NCBI GenBank assembly: GCA_050948885.1
Contig: JBMNER010000006.1
Span: 1,334-65,333 of the forward strand
Length of the DNA: 64,000 bases
Direction of reading: 5' to 3'
DNA from: Bacilli bacterium
GTDB lineage: Bacteria; Bacillota_I; Bacilli_A; RF39; UBA660
Under the pieces are notes generated by a model, which saw nothing but the letters and a program-made list of their open reading frames with translations, was not told the origin of the DNA and did not search any database. Shown piece after piece: positions 1 to 9,039 of the stretch (within the stretch, counting starts at the first letter, position 1; every line of letters begins with the position of its first letter). The position numbers were made by a program, and so were the translations under genes.

Positions 1-1
1 A

Positions 2-604
2 GATTATGATATTGAAAGCCCGTTATCTGGTTTGTTTAATGTTTATAATTTAATGGCCGTAATTACAGCGTGTGCGGTTAGTGGTTTGGATATTAAAGTG
101 GTAGTTAAAAACATTAAAACGCTAATGCCAATTAAGGCTCGGTTAGAGTTTATCAATTATAACCAACCCTTTAAAATCGTATTAGATTATGCTCACACTC
201 CTAATGCTTTAAAGAATTTACTTGATTATTTACGTCTTATTGCCAAAGGTAGAATCATTACGGTTACTGGTTCAGCGGGGGGAAGAGATAAAGGTAAACG
301 CCCTATTATCGGTCAAGTGGTCACTAGTTTATCGGATTATGTTATCTTTACCATGGATGACCCACGGTTTGAAGAAGTTGATGATATTATTAATGAGATG
401 GTATCACAATTAGATAAGAAGGTTAATAATTATGAACGCATAGTCGACCGGGGGACAGCTATCCATCAGGCTTTATCAATGGCAAAAGTTGATGATATTG
501 TTGTAATCGCTGGGCGCGGCCATGATAAGTACATACCAATTAAAGGCAAGGATATACCCTATAGTGATGCGGCGGAAATAAAAAAGTTTTTTAAGATGCA
601 ATAG
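2..604 (+). CDS. murE: UDP-N-acetylmuramoyl-tripeptide synthetase MurE, C-terminal part (5' end outside window)
   Basis: Frame is open from the window edge. The translation DYDIESPLSGLFNVYNLMAV...DYAHTPNAL...GSAGGRDKGKRP...AGRGHD matches the Mur ligase central/C-terminal domains. Confidence 0.85.
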   Translation, partial: DYDIESPLSGLFNVYNLMAVITACAVSGLDIKVVVKNIKTLMPIKARLEFINYNQPFKIVLDYAHTPNALKNLLDYLRLIAKGRIITVTGSAGGRDKGKRPIIGQVVTSLSDYVIFTMDDPRFEEVDDIINEMVSQLDKKVNNYERIVDRGTAIHQALSMAKVDDIVVIAGRGHDKYIPIKGKDIPYSDAAEIKKFFKMQ

Positions 605-666
605 GTCGCTTTACAAACAAAAAATGGTATATTATAATTAAAAATATAATAATTAAGGAGATAAAA

Positions 667-1116
667 ATGATTAGAAAAGCGATGTTGAGGGATTTATCGG
701 ATTTAGTCCAATTTAACTTAGACTTAGCGAAAGAATCAGAGGACTTAACTTTAAACTATGATAAAATTTATCAAGGTGTCAAGGCCGCTTTAGTTAATGA
801 AGATGTAGCTATGTATTATGTTTATGAACAAGATAATAAAGTTATTGGGCAAATTATGTTAACTAAGGAGTGGAGTGATTGGCGCAATGGTTATTTTTGG
901 TGGATTCAAAGCGTTTATATCGACAAAAAGTTTCGTCGCCAAGGAATATTTAAAGCCTTGTATGAGTATGTAAAATCACAAGCCGAAGAAAATGAGCAAG
1001 TTTGTGGCTTAAGACTTTACGTGGAAAGAAATAATGATTTAGCTAAGGATACTTATTTAGCTTTAGGCATGATAGAGACCCATTATTTATTGTATGAGTG
1101 GGAGAAGAATAATTAA
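667..1116 (+). CDS. GNAT family N-acetyltransferase
   Basis: AAGGAG RBS upstream. Acetyl-CoA binding core YIDKKFRRQGIFKALYEY is typical of the GNAT fold. Confidence 0.85.
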   Translation: MIRKAMLRDLSDLVQFNLDLAKESEDLTLNYDKIYQGVKAALVNEDVAMYYVYEQDNKVIGQIMLTKEWSDWRNGYFWWIQSVYIDKKFRRQGIFKALYEYVKSQAEENEQVCGLRLYVERNNDLAKDTYLALGMIETHYLLYEWEKNN

Positions 1117-1146
1117 TTTAATCAATATTAGATAGTAGTTTTAAAT

Positions 1147-1169
1147 AGACTTCATAAGAAGTCTTTTTT
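1147..1169 (+). terminator. intrinsic terminator after the GNAT gene
   Basis: AGACTTC-ATAA-GAAGTCT hairpin followed by TTTTT. Confidence 0.7.
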
Positions 1170-1195
1170 ATTAATATTATTTATTAGGTGGTTAG

Positions 1196-1447
1196 ATGAA
1201 TATAATAACAAGGCTAACTGATTATATTGATGACAAAGGATTAAAGATAATTATTGAAATTGGCCGTATATATATTTGTAATTATATAGAAATTATGCGT
1301 GTTGATGAGAAAACCATTAAACTTAAATATGCCAACGGTTATATTAATATTAATGGTCATAATTTGCTGATTACTAAACTAGTTGATCAGGAAATTTTAA
1401 TTACTGGTCAATTAAAAACAATTGAGATGGGGTCAGAAAGTGAATAG
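1196..1447 (+). CDS. yqfC: sporulation protein YqfC
   Basis: 83 aa, AGGTGG RBS. Size, sequence pattern (..ICNYIEI..D...I.L....I.I.G..L.I..) and position just upstream of yqfD fit the YqfC family. Confidence 0.8.
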   Translation: MNIITRLTDYIDDKGLKIIIEIGRIYICNYIEIMRVDEKTIKLKYANGYININGHNLLITKLVDQEILITGQLKTIEMGSESE

Positions 1448-2615
1448 TAATTTTTTTTTAGGGTTTAAAAATTATGTTTGTCTTAGAATTACAGGGAAGA
1501 ATATATTTGGTTTTCTTAAGACCTTAAATAAGAAAAAGATAAATTTAATAGCGATTGAATATCCAAAGAGAAATGAAGTAATTATAAAAGTTAGTGAGGA
1601 AGATTATGAAAAATTAAAGAAGTTAAAAACTATTTATAAATTTCAAGAAGTGGCGTTATATGGACAATGGCAAATTAAAAAGTTATGGCGAGTTCATAAA
1701 GTCTTTATCATTATGGTGTTGCTTGGTTATGTTATTTTATTTTTACTATCAAATATTATCTTTGATTTAGAGATTATTCATACTAATAGTAATATTAGGA
1801 ATTTAATAAAAACGGCGTTGGCTGATGAGGGAATTAAACGCTTAACTGTTCGGAAAAAGTTTCGCCATTTACAAGTAATTAAAGCCAAGATATTACAAAA
1901 TAACCGTGATGTTATTGAATGGCTAGAAATAGTGCCACTAGGAACTAAATATATTATTAAAGTAGAAGAAAGGAAATTAAACAAGCGGGAAGAAGAATAT
2001 AATTACCAACATATTGTCGCGAAAAAAAAGGGTATTATTAAGTCCATTGAAGCTAGTAGTGGTGAGATTGTTAGATATATTAATGAATATGTGGCCCCAG
2101 GGGATATCTTAATTAGTGGCAGTTTTAAGCAAGATGATGAAGTTATAACAAATGTTCGGGCGGAAGGTCGGGTTTTTGCGGAAGTATGGTATAAAGTTAG
2201 GGTTGAATATCCTTTAATTTATCAGGATAAATATCTTACCGGTAAAAGAAAAAAAGTAGTAGTAGTTAATTTTATGCGTTATCATTGGCCCTTTTTAGTT
2301 TTTCATCCCTTTACTAACAAAGAGGTGATAAAAAAAATAATGGTGGCACATCCTTTTTTGCCGTTTAATTTAAGTTATGAACACCATCAAGAAATGATTG
2401 TTAGTGAGGGTTCTTATAGTTATGAAGAGGCTTTGATTAAGGCGACTCAACTCGCGACTAAAAAAATAGAGGCTTCATTAGAAACTGGTGAAAAAATAAT
2501 TAAGCGGAAAAGTTTGAAAACGCGCGTCGAAAATAGTAAAATAATAGTAGAAATATTTTTTTCAGTATATGAAGATATTGGAATAAGTAAAATGTTTATT
2601 CCAAAGGAGAATTAG
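1422..2615 (+). CDS. yqfD: sporulation protein YqfD (stage IV)
   Basis: About 390 aa with one central TM segment, overlapping the yqfC stop as in Bacillus. The start is ambiguous (ATG 1422 or GTG 1440). Confidence 0.8.
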   Translation: MRWGQKVNSNFFLGFKNYVCLRITGKNIFGFLKTLNKKKINLIAIEYPKRNEVIIKVSEEDYEKLKKLKTIYKFQEVALYGQWQIKKLWRVHKVFIIMVLLGYVILFLLSNIIFDLEIIHTNSNIRNLIKTALADEGIKRLTVRKKFRHLQVIKAKILQNNRDVIEWLEIVPLGTKYIIKVEERKLNKREEEYNYQHIVAKKKGIIKSIEASSGEIVRYINEYVAPGDILISGSFKQDDEVITNVRAEGRVFAEVWYKVRVEYPLIYQDKYLTGKRKKVVVVNFMRYHWPFLVFHPFTNKEVIKKIMVAHPFLPFNLSYEHHQEMIVSEGSYSYEEALIKATQLATKKIEASLETGEKIIKRKSLKTRVENSKIIVEIFFSVYEDIGISKMFIPKEN

Positions 2616-2625
2616 AAGGTGAAAT

Positions 2626-3228
2626 ATGTTAACACAAAACATTATCAATATTTTAAAACTTACTTGGCCTATTATTATGATTGCGGTTATTATTATTGTT
2701 TCAATTAGAATTGCTTGGTTAATTAAATATCGCCGTAAGTTTGTTTTATATCAAGAAATTATGGGTTTATTATTTTTAGTTTACATTTTATTATTATTCC
2801 AAATTGTGACTTGGCAAGATGTCCCTTTATCAACTAAAAATTTAATTCCCTTTAAGGAAATTTCTCGTTATACTATTGGTTCGCCTTTATTTTATCGTAA
2901 TGTAGTTGGCAATTTATTAATGTTTATCCCTTACGGTTTTTTTGTCACTTATTATTTAAAATTAAAAAAGATATGGCCTGTTTTTATTTTAACCTTAATT
3001 GCTTCTTTATCAATTGAATATACTCAATTAATTATTGGTCGGGTCTTTGATGTTGATGATGTTATATTAAATGTGGTGGGTGCTTTAGTTGGTTATTTCC
3101 TTTACATCAGTGGTAAAGGTTTTGTCAAGAGTTTGCCGCGGGCATTGAAAAACACCCATCTTCTTAATATAATAATAGTAGGGATAATAGCCTTGGTTAT
3201 TTTTTTAACCTTTGGTTATTTGAAATAA
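2626..3228 (+). CDS. VanZ family membrane protein
   Basis: Multi-TM protein with the VanZ-like C-terminal motif IEYTQLIIGRVFDVDDVILNVVGALVGY. It occupies the slot where Bacillus has phoH-pgpH. Confidence 0.8.
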   Translation: MLTQNIINILKLTWPIIMIAVIIIVSIRIAWLIKYRRKFVLYQEIMGLLFLVYILLLFQIVTWQDVPLSTKNLIPFKEISRYTIGSPLFYRNVVGNLLMFIPYGFFVTYYLKLKKIWPVFILTLIASLSIEYTQLIIGRVFDVDDVILNVVGALVGYFLYISGKGFVKSLPRALKNTHLLNIIIVGIIALVIFLTFGYLK

Positions 3229-3231
3229 GGG

Positions 3232-3690
3232 GTGTTTATTATTAACGAAATAATGTTTTTTAATCAAACCAGTGAAGATTTAGCTTCAGAGATAAAATAT
3301 TTACAAGCTTTAATTAATAAAGTAGTAACTCATGAGACTAATGATAAGTTAGCTTTTAGTATCGTTTTAGTGACTAAGGATAGAATACGAGCGATTAATA
3401 AACAATATCGAAAGCTGGATAAAGAAACTGATGTGCTTAGTTTTAGACTAGAAGATTCTAAAGTTAATTATTATCAAGGTAAAAGACTATTAGGTGATGT
3501 TTTTATTTCCTTAGATAAGGCTAAAGAACAAGCCCAGTTATTAAAAAAACCACTGGTTAAGGAACTTTTTTTCTTAATGGTTCATGGGTTTCTACATTTG
3601 TTAGGTTATAATGATGAAATGACAAAAGATATAAAAATAATGAATAAGAAGCAGGAGGATATTTTAAATGAATATGGATGTACGCAATAA
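3232..3690 (+). CDS. ybeY: rRNA maturation RNase YbeY (variant metal motif)
   Basis: Carries the HGFLHLLGYND motif region and TDVLSF, and sits in the conserved ybeY-dgkA-cdd-era order. The start could be GTG 3232 or ATG 3253. Confidence 0.88.
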   Translation: MFIINEIMFFNQTSEDLASEIKYLQALINKVVTHETNDKLAFSIVLVTKDRIRAINKQYRKLDKETDVLSFRLEDSKVNYYQGKRLLGDVFISLDKAKEQAQLLKKPLVKELFFLMVHGFLHLLGYNDEMTKDIKIMNKKQEDILNEYGCTQ

Positions 3691-4066
3691 AAATAAAAAG
3701 AAAGGTTTAAGAAGGTTTATTAACAGTTTTAAGTATTCCTTTGACGGTTTAGCCTATGCTTATCGTTATGAACAGAGTATGACGATTCATGTGGGGGCAA
3801 CTATCTTAGTTATTGTGGGAGGAATATATTTAAACATTAGTAGTACGGAATGGCTCTTTTTATTATTGTTAATTGGGTTAATAATGGGCATTGAATTATT
3901 AAACACTTCAATTGAAGCGACCATTGATTTGATTTCACCAAATATTCATCCCCTCGCCAAAGTGGCGAAAGATACGGCTTCAGCGGCTGTTTTTATTCTG
4001 TCTTTAGTAGCTGTTATTGGTGGTTTAGCCATCTTCTTACCAAAATTGATTGTTCTTCTTTTTTAA
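3668..4066 (+). CDS. dgkA: diacylglycerol/undecaprenol kinase DgkA
   Basis: AGGAGG lies 9 nt upstream. Three-TM protein of 132 aa with LNTSIEATIDL and AKD.ASAAV motifs of the DAGK_prokar family. Confidence 0.85.
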   Translation: MNMDVRNKNKKKGLRRFINSFKYSFDGLAYAYRYEQSMTIHVGATILVIVGGIYLNISSTEWLFLLLLIGLIMGIELLNTSIEATIDLISPNIHPLAKVAKDTASAAVFILSLVAVIGGLAIFLPKLIVLLF

Positions 4067-4091
4067 ATTATCAACGAAGGGAGGTATGGTG

Positions 4092-4487
4092 ATGATATAT
4101 TTTAATGAGTTAAAACAGTTATTAGAAAATGCCTATGCCCCTTATTCACATTACCGCGTAGCGGCCTTAGTAGTTACTTGCGATAATCAATTATTTAAAG
4201 GGGTTAATGTTGAGAACGCTTCGTATGGTGCGACTATCTGTGCCGAACGAAATGCGATAAATAATGCGGTTAGTAATGGTTATAAAAAAGGTGACCTTAA
4301 GAGTTTAATTATTATGGTTGATACTGATGAGGTGGCTTTCCCTTGTTTTTTATGTCGCCAAAGTATTAGTGAGTTTTTTGACTCTAATCAAGAATTAATT
4401 TTATTAACTAGTAGTGGTAAAGAAAAGAAAATGTTAATTAAGGAGATAATTCCTTATCCTTTTACGAAAGAAGATTTAGATTTATGA
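4092..4487 (+). CDS. cdd: cytidine deaminase
   Basis: GAAGGGAGG lies 7 nt before ATG 4092. Zinc motifs CAERNAI and PCFLCRQ are present. The track start at 4050 lies upstream of the RBS. Confidence 0.9.
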   Translation: MIYFNELKQLLENAYAPYSHYRVAALVVTCDNQLFKGVNVENASYGATICAERNAINNAVSNGYKKGDLKSLIIMVDTDEVAFPCFLCRQSISEFFDSNQELILLTSSGKEKKMLIKEIIPYPFTKEDLDL

Positions 4488-5368
4488 AAAGTGGTTTTGT
4501 TGGTATTATTGGGCGCCCTAATGTTGGAAAGTCAACATTGTTAAATGCCATTATTGGTCAAAAAGTAGCGATTATATCTGATAAACCCCAAACTACCAGA
4601 AACATTATTCAGGGTATCTATAATGATGATGAAGCCCAAATTATTTTTGTTGATACCCCCGGTATTCACAAACCTAAAAATAAATTGGGCTATTATTTAA
4701 ATAAACAGACATATGTATCAATGACCGATGTGGATATAGTGTTATTTATGGTTGACGCTAGTGAAAAATTAGGTCGTGGTGATTTATTTGTTATTAATCG
4801 TTTAAAAGATATAAAAAAACCAGTTATCTTAGTGCTTAATAAAATTGATAAAATAAGTAAAGAACAATTATGGTTAAAAATAAGTGAGTATAAGGATTTA
4901 TATCCTTTTAGTGAGATAGTCCCGACTTCCGCTTTAAAGGTTGATAATGTTGACCGTTTAATTAATATTATTAAGGGTTATTTACAAGATAATCTTAAAT
5001 ATTTTGATGGTAGTAATAAAGTTACCACTAGTTCAAAGAATTTTTTAGTATCAGAGATAATAAGGGAAAAGGTTTTAAACTATACCAGTCAAGAAGTACC
5101 ACATGCGATAACTTGCCTAGTTGAACACATGGAAGAGAAGAAAGATATTATTGGTATCAGTGCCTTAATTATTGTTGACCGGGAAAATTTAAAAAAAATA
5201 ATAATCGGTAAAGGTGGTAGTAAGTTAAAAGAAATTGGTTGTGAGGCACGCCTTGAACTAGAAACCCTTTTTAATAAAAAAGTCTTTTTATCCTTATACG
5301 TTAAAACTATTAAAAATTGGCGTGATAAGGAGAAGTATTTATCAGAATTTGGCTTTCATAAATTTTAA
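4484..5368 (+). CDS. era: GTPase Era
   Basis: ATGA overlap with the cdd stop. G1 GRPNVGKST, G3 DTPG and G4 NKID motifs, plus a C-terminal KH domain (IIGKGGSKLKEIG). Confidence 0.96.
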   Translation: MKSGFVGIIGRPNVGKSTLLNAIIGQKVAIISDKPQTTRNIIQGIYNDDEAQIIFVDTPGIHKPKNKLGYYLNKQTYVSMTDVDIVLFMVDASEKLGRGDLFVINRLKDIKKPVILVLNKIDKISKEQLWLKISEYKDLYPFSEIVPTSALKVDNVDRLINIIKGYLQDNLKYFDGSNKVTTSSKNFLVSEIIREKVLNYTSQEVPHAITCLVEHMEEKKDIIGISALIIVDRENLKKIIIGKGGSKLKEIGCEARLELETLFNKKVFLSLYVKTIKNWRDKEKYLSEFGFHKF

Positions 5369-5425
5369 CCATTAGTATAATAATCAAAATAGTAACTCAC
5401 TATATAAATGAAAGGTGGGTTATTG

Positions 5426-5518
5426 ATGAGAAATATTACGTGGACTTTATTTTGTAAAACGGGAGCGATTAGGTACTATCTTTTAGCTAAAAAACTAGAT
5501 AAAAACAGAAAGAAGTGA
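5426..5518 (+). CDS. yqzL: YqzL family small protein (30 aa; below the ORF-track cutoff)
   Basis: AAAGGTGGG RBS 6 nt before the ATG. MRNITWTLFCKTGAIRYYLLAKKLDKNRKK fits the FTW..F..TG....YLL.K pattern. It lies in the era-recO gap exactly where B. subtilis yqzL lies. Confidence 0.7.
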   Translation: MRNITWTLFCKTGAIRYYLLAKKLDKNRKK

Positions 5519-5523
5519 CAAAG

Positions 5524-6261
5524 ATGATTAAGAAAGTGGAAGGCGTTATTGTTGGTGAATATAATTATAGTGAATCAAGTAAAATACTTAAAGTCATAAC
5601 AAAGGAATACGGCCTTATTAGTATGATCGCCAAAGGCGCTAGACGATTAAAAAATAATTTAAGAGCGGTCAGTGATAAATTAACTTATGGCCATTTTCAT
5701 ATTTATTATAAAGAAGATAAACTATCTAATTTAATTAGTGTTGATGTTATAAATGTATTTAAAAATATTAGGAGGGATATTAAGAGTATTTCCTATGCCA
5801 CTTTTATTACTGAATTAGTTCAACAGGTGGTAAAAGATGAATATAATCAAGAAATATACCAAATTTTGATTAATAGTCTTTTAAAAATAGAAGCTGGTTT
5901 TGATCCTTTAGTAATTACTAATATTTTAGAGCTAAAGATGTTAGAGTATCTTGGGGTGAAACCGGTGCTTGATAATTGTGCTGTGTGTGGGAATAAAAAA
6001 GATATCGTTACCTTATCAAGTAGAAAAGGTGGTTATCTTTGTTTAGATTGTTATGACGGAGAGAAAAAGGTTAGTCAGAAAGCGATTAAATTAATAAGAA
6101 TGTTTTATTATGTTGATATCGCTAAGATAACTAAGTTATCAATCAGTGATAAGGTAAAACAAGAAATAGATTTATTTATTGATGATTACTATGATTGTTA
6201 TACTGGGTTATATTTAAAATCAAAGCAGTTTTTAAAGGATTTAAAACTTTTACCAAGTTAG
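5524..6261 (+). CDS. recO: DNA repair protein RecO
   Basis: N-terminal OB fold MIKKVEGVIV..YSESSKILKVITKEYG and a zinc module CAVCG..//..CLDC. ATG 5524 is preferred over GTG 5515 by alignment to the Bacillus RecO N-terminus. Confidence 0.9.
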   Translation: MIKKVEGVIVGEYNYSESSKILKVITKEYGLISMIAKGARRLKNNLRAVSDKLTYGHFHIYYKEDKLSNLISVDVINVFKNIRRDIKSISYATFITELVQQVVKDEYNQEIYQILINSLLKIEAGFDPLVITNILELKMLEYLGVKPVLDNCAVCGNKKDIVTLSSRKGGYLCLDCYDGEKKVSQKAIKLIRMFYYVDIAKITKLSISDKVKQEIDLFIDDYYDCYTGLYLKSKQFLKDLKLLPS

Positions 6262-6295
6262 TAATTAAAAAGACTTCATTTCTAAAGTGAAAACT

Positions 6296-6450
6296 GTTAT
6301 ACTATTAATTAGTTATAATGAATAATAATTTGTAAGCGATGATGAAATTGGCGATTTCGGAGCTATATAAAACAAAGAGATTCTTTTAGAATAAATAGGG
6401 TGGAACCGCGGTAGAAATCGTCCCTAGGTTATTTTAAAAGTTTTTTATTA
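6296..6450 (+). promoter_or_regulatory. T-box leader, glycine-specific (candidate specifier GGC at 6350-6352)
   Basis: T-box core AATAGGGTGGAACCGCGG at 6395-6411, followed by a U-rich tract and then the glyQS RBS. A possible extended -10 (TGTTATACT) lies at about 6293-6301. Confidence 0.8.
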
Positions 6451-6463
6451 AAGGAGGGAAAAG

Positions 6464-7843
6464 ATGCATAAGTTAACGATGGAGAAGATGGTTGGTTTGT
6501 GTAAACAGTATGGTTTCATTTTTCAAGGTAGTGAGATTTATGGGGGTCTTTCTAATACTTTTGATTATGGCCCATTAGGGGTGGAGTTAAAAAATAATAT
6601 TAAGAAGGCTTGGTATAAGAAGTTTGTTCAGGAAAGCAAATATAATGTTGGATTAGATTCAGCAATACTTATGAATTCTAAGGTATGGGAAGCAAGTGGA
6701 CATATTGTTAATTTTAATGATCCTTTAATTGATTGTAAGAATTGTAAAATGAGATATAGAGCTGATAAACTAATAGAGGATTTTACTAATGGTGAAGTAA
6801 TTAGTGATGGTTGGGATAATCAGAAGATGATAGATTATATAAAAGAACATAATATTACTTGTTCTAATTGTAAGAAGTTAGATTATACTGATATTAGAAA
6901 ATTTAATATGATGTTTAAAACTCATCAGGGTGTAATTGAAGATGAAAGTAATGCTGTATATTTAAGACCAGAGACAGCTCAAGGTATGTTTGTTAATTTT
7001 TTGAATGTTCAAAGAAGTATGAGGCTAAAGATTCCATTTGGGATTGCTCAAATGGGTAAGAGTTTTAGAAATGAGATAACCCCTGGTAATTTTATATTTA
7101 GGACTCGGGAATTTGAACAGATGGAGCTGGAGTTTTTTTGTAAACCTGGTACTGAACTTGGTTGGTTTGATTATTGGAAAACATTTTCTTATGATTTTTT
7201 AATTAGTTTAGGGATTAAGAAAGAAAATATAAGATTAAGGGAACATTCTGAAGAAGAACTTAGTCATTATTCTAATGCAACTGTTGATATTGAGTATAAA
7301 TTTCCATTTGGATTTAGTGAATTATGGGGTATTGCGTCTAGAACAGATTTTGATTTAAAGGCTCATATGGAGCATTCTAAAGAAAATTTAACTTATTTAG
7401 ATCCTAATACTAATGAAAGATATATTCCATACGTAATAGAACCCGCATTAGGGGTAGATAGATTAGTATTAACTATACTATGTGATAGTTATGAAAGAGA
7501 AAACTTAGATAATGGGGAGATTAGAGAAATATTACATTTGCATCCCGCTCTCGCCCCATATAAACTAGCGGTATTACCATTACAGAAAAAACAACATCGT
7601 GATAAAGCCAATGAATTATATCAAACCCTAACCAAACATTTTATGACTACCTATGATGAAATTGGTTCAATTGGTAAAAGGTATCGTCGTCAAGATGTAA
7701 TTGGTACGCCATTTTGTATTACTATTGATAATGATACTTTAGCTAATCAGACGGTTACCGTTCGTAATAGGGATACCATGGCCCAAGAGACAATTAAGAT
7801 TGATGATGTAATTACTTATATTAATAAAAGGATAGTCTTTTAA
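6464..7843 (+). CDS. glyQS: glycine--tRNA ligase (alpha2 type GlyQS)
   Basis: 459 aa with class II motifs ([25 protein letters not shown]; GVDRL) and an anticodon-binding C-terminus. Confidence 0.96.
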   Translation: MHKLTMEKMVGLCKQYGFIFQGSEIYGGLSNTFDYGPLGVELKNNIKKAWYKKFVQESKYNVGLDSAILMNSKVWEASGHIVNFNDPLIDCKNCKMRYRADKLIEDFTNGEVISDGWDNQKMIDYIKEHNITCSNCKKLDYTDIRKFNMMFKTHQGVIEDESNAVYLRPETAQGMFVNFLNVQRSMRLKIPFGIAQMGKSFRNEITPGNFIFRTREFEQMELEFFCKPGTELGWFDYWKTFSYDFLISLGIKKENIRLREHSEEELSHYSNATVDIEYKFPFGFSELWGIASRTDFDLKAHMEHSKENLTYLDPNTNERYIPYVIEPALGVDRLVLTILCDSYERENLDNGEIREILHLHPALAPYKLAVLPLQKKQHRDKANELYQTLTKHFMTTYDEIGSIGKRYRRQDVIGTPFCITIDNDTLANQTVTVRNRDTMAQETIKIDDVITYINKRIVF

Positions 7844-7920
7844 AAAAAATATTTTCAATTAATCAATTGTATGATACAATTAGATGGATAGTATTAGAAT
7901 AGAATATGGAGGATTTTTCG

Positions 7921-8328
7921 ATGAGCTTCGATAAATTAAAAAAATTATTTTCTTTTGATGATGATCGCAATAGTAAAACAGGGACTGAAGATGAATATTA
8001 TAATGTTGATGCCTATAAGGATTTAAGTGAAGCTAATAATATGGTATTAATTGAGCCACGCGCTTACTCGGAGGCTCAACAAATTTCTGATCATTTAAAA
8101 AATCGTTATGCAGTAGTAGTAAACTTAAAAAGAGTTACCGCTGATCAAGCAAAAAGAATTGTTGATTTTTTAAGTGGTACAGTGTATGCTATTGGTGGAG
8201 ATTTACAAAAAATTGGAGGGGGAATTTTTCTGTTAACACCAAAAAATGTCAATGTGCAAGGTAAAATCACCGAAGAAGATGACAAAGTGCCTATTTATGA
8301 TAACAATGATATTGACATTGATTGGTAA
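7921..8328 (+). CDS. sepF: cell division protein SepF
   Basis: GGAGG lies 8 nt before ATG 7921. The DUF552 core [35 protein letters not shown] is present. Confidence 0.85.
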   Translation: MSFDKLKKLFSFDDDRNSKTGTEDEYYNVDAYKDLSEANNMVLIEPRAYSEAQQISDHLKNRYAVVVNLKRVTADQAKRIVDFLSGTVYAIGGDLQKIGGGIFLLTPKNVNVQGKITEEDDKVPIYDNNDIDIDW

Positions 8329-8377
8329 AAAAAGAGTAATTAATTGGTATAAAATGGCGTAGTATTGGGGTGAGTCT

Positions 8378-8806
8378 GTGAAAAAGTTTACAAAAACAAT
8401 TCGTGGGTATAATCCGAGTGAAGTTAATAATTTTGTTGATGAGGTTATTAATCAAGTTGAAGGCATGATTAAACAACTAGAGGCCAAAGATGGTGAAATT
8501 GAAACCTTAAAGGAAAAATTACATCATTATCAAGCCATTGAAGGAACTTTAAATAGAGCAATTTTAGCGGCTGAGGAAGCTAGTGATCAAATTAAGAAGA
8601 ATGCTCGTTTAGAAAGTGGAATGTTACTAGAAGATGCCAAAAGAAATGCTAGTCGTATTGTAAACGATGCTTTAGTTAAAGCGGAACAAACCGAATATGA
8701 AGCAGCCATGTTACGAAAGAATATTACTATATTTAAGAGAAGATTAAAAAGCATTATTGAGACACAATTAGAAATTATTGATGATATTGAAAAAGTAGAT
8801 TTTTAA
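8378..8806 (+). CDS. divIVA: DivIVA domain protein
   Basis: N-terminal F.KTIRGYNPSEVNNFVDEV motif followed by a coiled coil. It lies directly upstream of ileS, as in Bacillus. Confidence 0.85.
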   Translation: MKKFTKTIRGYNPSEVNNFVDEVINQVEGMIKQLEAKDGEIETLKEKLHHYQAIEGTLNRAILAAEEASDQIKKNARLESGMLLEDAKRNASRIVNDALVKAEQTEYEAAMLRKNITIFKRRLKSIIETQLEIIDDIEKVDF

Positions 8807-8814
8807 AACAAATG

Positions 8815-9025
8815 ATAGAGACGTTATTTTAATTACTTTAATAGCGAATTAGGGCGGGTGTAAGCCTAAGAAAGGATTAAAATAAGAATCACTCTTGATG
8901 TTTCTTTCTGAAATTAGTAGGAAGGAACGCTAATAGCGTTATTTAATTAAGAGCATAATATATTTATTATGAATTAAGGTGGAACCGCGTGTTAAGCGTC
9001 CTTATCATAATATTTTTTTTATTAA
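8815..9025 (+). promoter_or_regulatory. T-box leader, isoleucine-specific (candidate specifier ATC at 8888-8890)
   Basis: T-box core GAATTAAGGTGGAACCGCG at 8971-8989. A terminator helix (TTATGAATTAAGG / CCTTATCATAA) is followed by TTTTTTTT at 9014-9021. Confidence 0.8.
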
Positions 9026-9039
9026 AGGAGGAATAATTT

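Noticed and set aside
1422-1447. 26-nt overlap of yqfC and yqfD, considered as a possible programmed frameshift or fusion.
   Set aside because: The overlap is explained simply by alternative starts (ATG 1422 or GTG 1440). Both proteins have normal lengths as separate genes, as in Bacillus.
4484-4487. Possibility of Mollicutes-type code (TGA = Trp), given the very low GC.
   Set aside because: TGA ends cdd (ATGA overlap with era), dnaJ, yqzL and others at the expected protein lengths. Conserved Trp positions are all TGG. The sporulation gene content also argues against a Mollicute.
8291-8476. 61-aa minus-strand ORF spanning the sepF-divIVA junction.
   Set aside because: It overlaps the ends of two well-supported + strand genes, has no RBS, and has an Asn/Ile/Phe-rich sequence typical of antisense AT-rich DNA.
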